This document shows, piece after piece, positions 8,227-16,996 of a DNA stretch of 64,000 bases. The translations under genes were made by a program, and so were the position numbers. The notes beneath the pieces were generated by a model. The model was given only the letters and a program-made list of their open reading frames with translations. It ran no database searches and had not been told where the DNA came from. How positions within the stretch are numbered: position 1 is the first letter of the stretch; each line of letters begins with the position of its first letter. Source of the stretch: a virus; the IMG/VR virus record IMGVR_UViG_3300044647_001247, positions 45,820-109,819 of that record, one strand, 5' to 3'.

Positions 8227-9089
8227 AAACAGAACTTTCATATAAAACATTTGATGAACTTCTTAGTGAGGTGGCAACAGACTTTGCCACTTATAACAAT
8301 GAGGGGATGATTGAACCAGGTCAACTTATCAAGGTGGCTCAAAGAGTTAGTTATGATTTGGGTCTTAGAATACATGGTACAAAAGAAAAAGTTTTAGAGG
8401 TAACAAATAAAAAAACAAAGCTTCCTGATGATTTTTATGTTTTAAACTATGCTTATTTATGTGGTAAGTATAGTGTTACAAATGCTGTCCTATCAGGAAG
8501 ACAAACAGAAGATGTTATTTTAAATAGTTCTTATTGTTCTAAATGTGGAGAGCCCGATCCTACATGCACTTGTGAAAAAACATACACTATTGAATGTAAC
8601 ACAGGAGAGAAGATATTTGTACAGGTGGTTGAAAAAAGAAAATATGAAACCAGGGTGTATGATAGTTTTACACCTATCAGCATTGCAACATCTACTGGAA
8701 GAATAGATGCTCTAGATGATTCTAAACCAGCTGGTTATATTAAGAACAAGTTTATATACACTAATATAGAAGAGGGAAGTTTGTTTATATCTTATGAAGG
8801 TGCTCTAGAAGATGAACATGGAAACTTGTTAGTATTAGATCACCCTATGATTAATGAATATTATGAATATGCTTTTAAGCAAAGGATTCTTGAAAATCTA
8901 TACATTAATGGAGAAGATGTAATGCAAAAAATGCAACTTATAGAACAGCGTCTTAGAGCTGCTCGTAATAATGCTTTAACAATAGTGAACACTCCAAATT
9001 TTTCAGAAATGAAGAAATTATGGGAAACAAACCGTAAAGCTCAATATGGACGATATTATAATATGTTCAAATCAGGAGAAAGCTGGTAA
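8223..9089 (+). CDS. putative tail tubular/ring protein
   Basis: KLPDDF...FIYTNIEEG.LFISY...DEHGNLLVLDHP..EYYEY, with an internal CSKC..CTC insert. Synteny with crAss-like tail modules. Confidence 0.6.
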   Translation: MKTELSYKTFDELLSEVATDFATYNNEGMIEPGQLIKVAQRVSYDLGLRIHGTKEKVLEVTNKKTKLPDDFYVLNYAYLCGKYSVTNAVLSGRQTEDVILNSSYCSKCGEPDPTCTCEKTYTIECNTGEKIFVQVVEKRKYETRVYDSFTPISIATSTGRIDALDDSKPAGYIKNKFIYTNIEEGSLFISYEGALEDEHGNLLVLDHPMINEYYEYAFKQRILENLYINGEDVMQKMQLIEQRLRAARNNALTIVNTPNFSEMKKLWETNRKAQYGRYYNMFKSGESW

Positions 9090-9456
9090 CACCTTCAGAC
9101 GTTGCAGCACAACTATACAGTTTACAACTTATGGATGTAAGCTTGTTATTGCTGTAGTGGATAGTGTTAAAAAAGAGGTGGAGAAATTATATAAAAAATA
9201 CAAGATTGATGAGGAATTTGATGATGATGCAGAAGGGGCATTAGTAATGCCTGATATGAAAACTTATTATTTACTTCTAGGAAAGGCGTTCATCACTCAT
9301 AACACTATAGCTCATGAAGTGTTTCATGCATCTGTAAGAATTACAGAACATCGTGGAATAACTGATGAAGAAACTCAAGCTTGGATGGCAGGGCACATTA
9401 CAGAGATATTATATAAGTTTTTAGAAAAAAAGAAGTTAGAAGTAAAACATGGCTGA
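9046..9456 (+). CDS. small zincin-like metallopeptidase
   Basis: AHEVFH (HExxH, 9313-9327) with downstream DEETQAW as third ligand. Confidence 0.7.
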   Translation: MDDIIICSNQEKAGNTFRRCSTTIQFTTYGCKLVIAVVDSVKKEVEKLYKKYKIDEEFDDDAEGALVMPDMKTYYLLLGKAFITHNTIAHEVFHASVRITEHRGITDEETQAWMAGHITEILYKFLEKKKLEVKHG

Positions 9457-12400
9457 GCAACAACAAAATCCTGGAGTGATCACTAACACCTTTAGTAATG
9501 GTATGGTGAAAGACTACAATGAAACATTTGTAGGAGAAGGATTATATACTCATGCTCGCAATGTTGTAAGTAATTCACATGATGGTCAGCTTGGTGTAAA
9601 AGGTAATGAGCCAGCTAACTTAAGTTGCATCACTCTTCCTTATAGCTTAATAGGATGTATTCATCTTTCTGATGATCAATGGTCTGTATATACAACAGAT
9701 GATACTAATTCTGAGATAGGAATATTTGATGAAAGTCAATGCACTTATACAAAGGTGGTAAATGATCCATGTTTAGGATTTAAAAGATCTAACTTAATTA
9801 CAGGTGCTTCACGTAAACGTTATGATTGCGATAGACCTGTTTATTGGGTTGATGCACTGAATCCAGATAGATTTATGGATCTTAGTAATCCCCCTTTTAA
9901 ATATATAGAAACTATAGTTGATGGTTGTAAAGTAAAAACTATAACACAACCTTTACAGCTTGATTGTGAAAAGATAAGACTTGCATCTTTAATACAACAT
10001 CCTTGTTTAATCTTAAATAAAGGAAAAGTTGCAGGAACTTTACCTAATGGTTCTTATCAAGTTGCTATAGCTTACACTGAAGATGGTGTTAGATTAACCG
10101 GGTATATTGGAATATCAGAAGTACAATCATTATTTACACATGAAAATGTTAGTTCTTCTTTAGAACTATCAATTACTACTATAGATACAACATTTGACGA
10201 ATTTGAGTTAGTTGTAATTGGTCGTATTAATGGTACAACAGTAGTTAAAAAAATAGGAAACTACTCAACCTCACAAGGTAAAATATACATTGACAGGTGG
10301 GATCAAGAGTTTGAAACAGTGCCAATTAGTCAAGTGGTATTTAGAGGAGACTCTTCTGAAAAAAGTGATGCTATATACGAAGTGAATAATTATTTATTAA
10401 AAATTGGAGACTATTCAAAGTTTAAATTTAATTATCAAAAACAAGCTAATAATATAAATGTTAGTTGGACAGCTGTTCAATATCCTTCTAATTATTATTT
10501 TAAAGGTGGAAATAATACTGGTTATTTAAGAGATGAACAATATTCATTTTTTATAAGATGGGTATACAACACTGGTGAACGTTCTGAGTCCTATCATATA
10601 CCTGGAAGAGATGCTCTAGCTAGTGATAGAACTTTAGTAATGGGAGATGATGCTTTTGAAACATCTGGTATAGATTCTATTACAAGAGAAAGATGGCAGG
10701 TGTATAATACAGCCACTTTAGATAATCTAAATAGTTACACTCTTTCTGATGGAGGGCTTGTTATAGCATCAGGTAAAATGGGATTTTGGGAAAGCACTGA
10801 AAAATATCCAGATAACACTCCTGATATTTGGGGAACATTATGTGGAAAAAACATTAGACATCATAAGATGCCTGATGAAACTACAGCTCCATCCTTAAAT
10901 TTATTTTCAAATAATGGTAAATTTATTAATATTCTTGGAGTTAACTTTAGTAATATAACTCATCCTTTAGACAACCAAGGTAATCCTATACAGTCAATTG
11001 TAGGATATGAATTATTAAGAGGATCTAGAGAAGGTAATAAATCTATTATTGGAAAAGGACTGCTTAATAATATGAGGGAATATTCTATTCCTAATCAAAC
11101 AACTAAAGGGCTTTTTCAAAATTATCCATACAATGATTTAAGACCAGATCCTTATTTAACAGATTCTCCTAATTTAGATGGTCAATCTGCATTAAAAGGA
11201 CAAGCTAATGTTTCCACTTCAAAAATGAGTGGCTATAAAAAGAATATATTTTCATTTCATAGTCCTGATGTAACTTTTTCCAATCCTTTTTTAAATGCCA
11301 ATGAACTAACTATTTATCAGGAAGTGTATGGTGAATCTAATGGTAGATTTGTTAATTCTTGGAAACATCCTAAATTTAAAGTTTTAAGTAATTTTAGTTC
11401 AGTTTTCGGAGATGTAGCTTCTATAATAAGCACAGTTCAAACAGCTCTTGGAGCACTTGGAGGAGGTCTTGATTTAAAAATTGAAGCTGATAAAGATGCT
11501 CCTGTATCAACAGGACTAACTTTAAATCCAAACTATGCTGGAGATACAGTTACTGTTTTTGGTTCAGGTGCCTCACCTTTAACTATTGCACAGTTTATTG
11601 CAGCAGGTGTTGCAAATGGACTTTTAATAGGTGCGTTGATAGGAACAGGTATTCTACCAGCAATGTATAAACAACAGTATTTAAGACTTTTTATATATTT
11701 AATTCCTAAAAAACAATACTCAGCTCAATATAATTCACATGGTGTTTATGATGGAGGAGCCATACCAAAAAAAATAGGTAATAAAAGAAGAAAGATTAAA
11801 GAAGCATTATATATAGGAAGTGGAAATAGCCAGTTTAATTCTGACTATTTTGTTAATAACACAGCTAGAAGTAATGTAGTTGTTTTAGAAACTGAAAAAG
11901 ATTTGGATGATCCAACCACTACAGACAATAGTAGAGTGACATTAGGTGAAGCAAATAGTAATTTATATCAAAATATTAAAACAACTATATCAAGTCACTA
12001 TGGTGCTTTAAAAATTAGCATACCTTCTCAATATGGTCAATTAGGTGGAATAAAACAATTTCCTATAAATGGAGGTTGTATTTTTAACACTACACCTGAT
12101 AAGACTAAAAAGTTTAATACATCTTCTCCACTTTTTAACGGAGACACTTATATAAATAAATTTACTGAAAAAAACACAATGTTCTTTTTCACTGATTGGA
12201 TGATTGGTGAGCCTGATAGAACTGAATGGGATTACACTTTATATATGTATATTCCCTATCCAAGATTTTGGATAAATAATGTAGAAGAAAATGTAGCTTT
12301 TTTAGAAGCAGCTGATAATTATAGATCATTAGATAAAAGAACATCTGGTTTCTTACATGTAAGTTCTGGATATTTTTATTTATTTAATTCTGGTGTTAGA

Positions 12401-14047
12401 GAGTTTTTTGTTGAAAGTGAGGTTAATTTAGCATATAGAGATTGGGAAGAAGATCCATCTAAGCGTCATTATGATTCTGATAGATACACTGATCTTGATA
12501 GTATGTTTAGAAGTGACATTATAAAAAGTGGAAACTTTTATAAATATGATTATAACTTAAGTGTATCTAAATTATTTAATTCTCATATTACTTGGGGAAA
12601 TATATTAGGTCTTGATTATGATCCTACCACTGCAGAAAAATGTTACGTATATAGACCTAGTAGAGTTAGATATTCTCTTCCTCAATTTCAAGAATCAAAA
12701 AAAGATAACTGGAGAATATATTTAACTAACAATTATAAAGATTTTGACTCTCCTGTAACATCTATAAAATCTGTAAATAAAACAGGTGCTTTGTTTATGA
12801 TGTCAAGACAGAGTCCTATGCAGTTTATGGGTGTAGAAGAACTGAAGCTAGATGGAACGGGTGCTAAAATTACAATAGGTGATGGGGGGCTTTTTAATCA
12901 ACCTTTACAACAAATTGTAAATACCGAAAGTTCTTTTGAGTATGGTTCTTGCCAAAGTAAGTATTGTTCTATTAATACAATACACGGTGTTTTTTGGGTG
13001 AGTCAAAATCAGGGAAAGATATTTCAGTATGCTGGACAAATAAAAGAGATATCTAAAAATGGTCTTAAGTGGTGGTTTGCTAGATATTTACCTAGTGAAC
13101 TATTAGCAGCGTATCCCACCTATCCTTATTTTGATAACCCGGTAATTGGTGTAGGGGTACAAATAATGTATGACAATACTAATGAGATTGTATATATTAC
13201 TAAGAAAGACTATAAACCACTAAAAACCAATTTGTTATTTGACTCAAAAGGTTTTTATGAAATAAGTTCATCTAATGGTAAGGTGTACATTCCTTTAACT
13301 AACACTAGTTATTTTGAAGATGCTAGCTGGACTATATCATATGATCCAAACGGGAATGATGGTAAAGGTGCTTGGGTTAGTTTTCATGACTGGATACCTA
13401 GCTTTTTAATTCCTGGGAAAGCTCATTTTATGAGTGTCAATCAAAATTCTATATGGAAGCATAATGTAAGATGTGATAAGTTCTGTAATTTTTATGGTGT
13501 AGATTATCCTTTTGAAATTGAGTTTATATCATCTACGGGTCAGCAAGTTGTTTCTATGAGAAACGTAGAGTATATATTAGAAGCTTATAAAATTCACAAT
13601 GAATGCAGAGATGAGTTCCATGTATTAGATGCAAACTTTGATCAGGCTATTATATATAATTCAGAACAAGTATCTGGACTTTTAGAACTAGAACTTAAGA
13701 ATAAAACCAACCCGGTGGCAATGCTTAGTTATCCTCAGATAAGAGCACAATCTATAGGAATAAACTATTCTAAAGAAGAGCAAAAGATTAGATTTAATCA
13801 ATTTTGGGATATAACAAAAGAAAGAGGAGAGTTTGCCCCAAATACAAACATTCCAATGTTTATTACAGAGGCTAATGGATATAAGTTTAAAATCAATCCA
13901 GCTTATGTAAACTATCAAAAGTCACCATTAGAGCGTAAGAAGTTTCGTCACAATTTAAATAAAGTGTTCTTAAGAAAGTTTAAAAGTGATGATGTAAAGA
14001 TGTTATTTAAAATATCTAATCAGAAAATACAACTTAGTCAAAGGTAA
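9449..14047 (+). CDS. tail stabilisation/muzzle protein (P22 gp10-like, crAss type)
   Basis: 1532 aa, beta-rich. N-terminal NTFSNGMVKD..Y..ARN, GYLRDEQYSFFIRW, and C-terminal WTISY..AWVSFHDWIP, all typical of this family. Confidence 0.8.
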   Translation: MAEQQQNPGVITNTFSNGMVKDYNETFVGEGLYTHARNVVSNSHDGQLGVKGNEPANLSCITLPYSLIGCIHLSDDQWSVYTTDDTNSEIGIFDESQCTYTKVVNDPCLGFKRSNLITGASRKRYDCDRPVYWVDALNPDRFMDLSNPPFKYIETIVDGCKVKTITQPLQLDCEKIRLASLIQHPCLILNKGKVAGTLPNGSYQVAIAYTEDGVRLTGYIGISEVQSLFTHENVSSSLELSITTIDTTFDEFELVVIGRINGTTVVKKIGNYSTSQGKIYIDRWDQEFETVPISQVVFRGDSSEKSDAIYEVNNYLLKIGDYSKFKFNYQKQANNINVSWTAVQYPSNYYFKGGNNTGYLRDEQYSFFIRWVYNTGERSESYHIPGRDALASDRTLVMGDDAFETSGIDSITRERWQVYNTATLDNLNSYTLSDGGLVIASGKMGFWESTEKYPDNTPDIWGTLCGKNIRHHKMPDETTAPSLNLFSNNGKFINILGVNFSNITHPLDNQGNPIQSIVGYELLRGSREGNKSIIGKGLLNNMREYSIPNQTTKGLFQNYPYNDLRPDPYLTDSPNLDGQSALKGQANVSTSKMSGYKKNIFSFHSPDVTFSNPFLNANELTIYQEVYGESNGRFVNSWKHPKFKVLSNFSSVFGDVASIISTVQTALGALGGGLDLKIEADKDAPVSTGLTLNPNYAGDTVTVFGSGASPLTIAQFIAAGVANGLLIGALIGTGILPAMYKQQYLRLFIYLIPKKQYSAQYNSHGVYDGGAIPKKIGNKRRKIKEALYIGSGNSQFNSDYFVNNTARSNVVVLETEKDLDDPTTTDNSRVTLGEANSNLYQNIKTTISSHYGALKISIPSQYGQLGGIKQFPINGGCIFNTTPDKTKKFNTSSPLFNGDTYINKFTEKNTMFFFTDWMIGEPDRTEWDYTLYMYIPYPRFWINNVEENVAFLEAADNYRSLDKRTSGFLHVSSGYFYLFNSGVREFFVESEVNLAYRDWEEDPSKRHYDSDRYTDLDSMFRSDIIKSGNFYKYDYNLSVSKLFNSHITWGNILGLDYDPTTAEKCYVYRPSRVRYSLPQFQESKKDNWRIYLTNNYKDFDSPVTSIKSVNKTGALFMMSRQSPMQFMGVEELKLDGTGAKITIGDGGLFNQPLQQIVNTESSFEYGSCQSKYCSINTIHGVFWVSQNQGKIFQYAGQIKEISKNGLKWWFARYLPSELLAAYPTYPYFDNPVIGVGVQIMYDNTNEIVYITKKDYKPLKTNLLFDSKGFYEISSSNGKVYIPLTNTSYFEDASWTISYDPNGNDGKGAWVSFHDWIPSFLIPGKAHFMSVNQNSIWKHNVRCDKFCNFYGVDYPFEIEFISSTGQQVVSMRNVEYILEAYKIHNECRDEFHVLDANFDQAIIYNSEQVSGLLELELKNKTNPVAMLSYPQIRAQSIGINYSKEEQKIRFNQFWDITKERGEFAPNTNIPMFITEANGYKFKINPAYVNYQKSPLERKKFRHNLNKVFLRKFKSDDVKMLFKISNQKIQLSQR

Positions 14048-16992
14048 TGAAACGGACAGATTCTATATTACAGCAGTTTTATATGTCTAGGCTTCCTAAA
14101 GCTCAGATGGGACTAGCCATATCTGATGGTACAAGGGTGGCACCAAGACCAAAAGCTTTAACTGAAGCTGAATATCAAGAAAATGAACGTGCTAGAAAAA
14201 TAACAAAAGAAGGCACTGAAAGACGAAATAAGCAAATTTTAGAAGAAAGACAAAAAGCAAGAAATACAAAAGGTACATTTAAGGAAAAGAACTTTAACAT
14301 AGGTGAGAAGTTTAGAATGTTTCCTGGTAGTGTAGGTGGTGCAGGAGAACTCTTTGATGACTATATCAATCCTTTAAAGTTTGTTGGAGACATGGCTTCA
14401 AATCTAGGTAATTCTAGAACACCCCAAGAAGCAGCTCTAAATGTAGCAATGACAGCAGGACTTGGTGCTCTTGGATTTGACCCATTAGGTAGTGGATTAA
14501 AATCTTCAGCTTTTAAAGAAGCACGTGCATCTTTTCCAAAATTTATAGATGAAGTTTCATATTCTATAAATAAACCTAAGTCTGTAGAACAAATAACTAA
14601 TAAGAATTTATATAAAGAATTAGGATCTCCTTTGAATATTTCAGAAGGATTAAATAATCAAGGTGTATTTAGTTTAAAAAGATTTCCTGACCATGTTGTA
14701 AAATTTGAGCCTGTTGAAACAGTAGGTAGAGGTATTGGTTATCCTGAATATACAAATTTTGATTTTGTAAGTGCTATGAAAAATATAAAAGATAAACCTA
14801 ACATAGCAAAGGTTAAAAATCAACTTAATGTAGAAAATAACAAGAGAGCTCTTATAATGAATAGGATTGATGATGGATACCGTCCTTTAGATCTTAATCC
14901 TATCAATTATAGAAAAATGCCAGATGACTCAGTTCGTAAAATGTACTATGACTTAAAAGATGTTATTAACAATGATTTAGGTTTTGATTTTATGGGTAAC
15001 AACTACCTATACAATCCTAAAACAAAAGATTTTTCATTATTTGATTTTTCTCCACAATTTAAAGCAGGTAATGATGGTAATTCACAATTCTGGATTAATG
15101 ATGTTTTAGGTAATACTAATAGTAATTTACTTGGTAAAGCTCAAGCTAATAAAAACTTAAAAACAGCAATTATATCTAAGCTTGTTAATGATCATAGAGT
15201 GGCTGGACAAAATTTATTTAAAGAGATTGGTACAGGATATACATTACGAAGTCATGCTGATATTTCAAAACTTCTTGATAAAGGTGATAAGTTTGCTTTT
15301 CAAAAATTTAATAATGCACTTAAAGATGTTGATATATATCAGCAAGGTGGTGTAATAAAAGATGACAGAGGACAATGGGCACATCCAGGTAAAGTAACTC
15401 GTATATCTAGTCCTAATATAACTATGAAGGGTGTACCCTATCCTGTACTAGGTGTAGGTTCTAATGGTGAAGAACAAATGATGTATCCAGGACAAGAATA
15501 TAATTTTGGTGGTGCATCTTATGTAGATGAATATCCTATGATGAAAAATGGTGGAGAAATGATTAAACGTAAAGATGGTAGTTATTCTAAAAGAGGACTC
15601 TGGGATAACATTAGAGCTAATAAAGGCTCAGGTAAAAAACCTAGTAAAGAAATGCTAGAACAAGAACGTAAAATAAAATCTAAAGAAATGAAATACGGAG
15701 GAACAAATAACTCAGGCTTTGAAGCTTTACCAGAATATGTACAAGCTAAAATATTAGCTAACATGGGATATGGTGGATATTATAATCCAATGATGGAAGA
15801 AGGTGGTGAACCTAATGGTGGCATGGCACTAGGTCAGATAATGGCTGTTTCAGATAAGATGAATAAGCTTCGTCAGTTTATATCTCCTGATAAAAACTTA
15901 GATCCATGGATTGCTTCTAAGCTTGCAGTTATGGATGATAGTGCAGATGCTATTGCTAATTATATGATGTACAATCCTGAAGCTCAGGGTGATGAAGAAG
16001 AAATCTCACAAATGAGTAGAGGAGGATATGTTGTAAGTAGAAGTAGTGCACGTAAGGGTAAGACACATAAAGTGACAGGTCCTGATGGAACTGTTAAATA
16101 CTTTGGTGATTCTAAGTTAGGACAGCATCCTGATGATCCTGAAAGAAAAAAAGCATTCTATGCTCGTCATAAAAAGAATTTAGATTCTAATCCATATTTT
16201 AGAGCCTTTGCTAAAGAAACATGGCAGCAGGGTGGACAACCTGGTTTATCATTTTGGAATGCTAGTAAAACTCCACAAGGTGCTGTTACACCTACAGGAA
16301 TGTCAAATTATTTTAATGATAATAAACAAGGTTTTGATCAAGCAAATTTTACTAAAAAGATGCAGGAGTTAAATCTTGATACATCAAGTAATGTATCATT
16401 ACAACAAGATATGATGAAAAAATATCCTGATCTTGTAAATCAAGTGATGTCTGAATATGGTGATACAAATGCAGGTAGATTTGATGATGGTATTATAGGA
16501 GCTAGAGTTATTAATGCTGCTAGTAAAATTCCTACTCAAACTAAACAAGTTCCTCCTCAAATACAACAATCAATGGCACCTCCTCCTGCTACATATAAAA
16601 ATCCAAATGCAGGATATGTAGTTAATGTAAGAGGAGATGATAATGACGGAGCTTATTATTTTCCTAGCTCTGAAAACTTTGACAAACTTAGTTCAGCAAT
16701 ACCTGGTGGTAAAGAATACAGAGATGGTTATAAAGGAGCAACAGTTAATATGACTAATGCAAACTTTATGAAACAATACGGAAACAACTACAAAGAAGCA
16801 CTAGGTCAAGCATACAAACGTAATCCACAAAATCCTGAGCAGTATATTCCAATGCAAAGAAATGGAGGATCTACTTGGTCTGGTAATAACTGGTATCAAA
16901 ATGGAGGTTTAGTAAATGGTGCAGAAATGGAAGTGACACCTGAACAAGCTGAGATGTTACGTCAACAAGGTTATGAATTTGAAATAATTTAA
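14047..16992 (+). CDS. putative ejected cargo polyprotein with kinase-like domain and xxGG-delimited modules
   Basis: Cys-free, follows the muzzle gene, repeated [MYFW]xxGG motif, kinase-like motifs at about 14620-15060. Confidence 0.6.
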   Translation: MKRTDSILQQFYMSRLPKAQMGLAISDGTRVAPRPKALTEAEYQENERARKITKEGTERRNKQILEERQKARNTKGTFKEKNFNIGEKFRMFPGSVGGAGELFDDYINPLKFVGDMASNLGNSRTPQEAALNVAMTAGLGALGFDPLGSGLKSSAFKEARASFPKFIDEVSYSINKPKSVEQITNKNLYKELGSPLNISEGLNNQGVFSLKRFPDHVVKFEPVETVGRGIGYPEYTNFDFVSAMKNIKDKPNIAKVKNQLNVENNKRALIMNRIDDGYRPLDLNPINYRKMPDDSVRKMYYDLKDVINNDLGFDFMGNNYLYNPKTKDFSLFDFSPQFKAGNDGNSQFWINDVLGNTNSNLLGKAQANKNLKTAIISKLVNDHRVAGQNLFKEIGTGYTLRSHADISKLLDKGDKFAFQKFNNALKDVDIYQQGGVIKDDRGQWAHPGKVTRISSPNITMKGVPYPVLGVGSNGEEQMMYPGQEYNFGGASYVDEYPMMKNGGEMIKRKDGSYSKRGLWDNIRANKGSGKKPSKEMLEQERKIKSKEMKYGGTNNSGFEALPEYVQAKILANMGYGGYYNPMMEEGGEPNGGMALGQIMAVSDKMNKLRQFISPDKNLDPWIASKLAVMDDSADAIANYMMYNPEAQGDEEEISQMSRGGYVVSRSSARKGKTHKVTGPDGTVKYFGDSKLGQHPDDPERKKAFYARHKKNLDSNPYFRAFAKETWQQGGQPGLSFWNASKTPQGAVTPTGMSNYFNDNKQGFDQANFTKKMQELNLDTSSNVSLQQDMMKKYPDLVNQVMSEYGDTNAGRFDDGIIGARVINAASKIPTQTKQVPPQIQQSMAPPPATYKNPNAGYVVNVRGDDNDGAYYFPSSENFDKLSSAIPGGKEYRDGYKGATVNMTNANFMKQYGNNYKEALGQAYKRNPQNPEQYIPMQRNGGSTWSGNNWYQNGGLVNGAEMEVTPEQAEMLRQQGYEFEII

Positions 16993-16996
16993 TATT

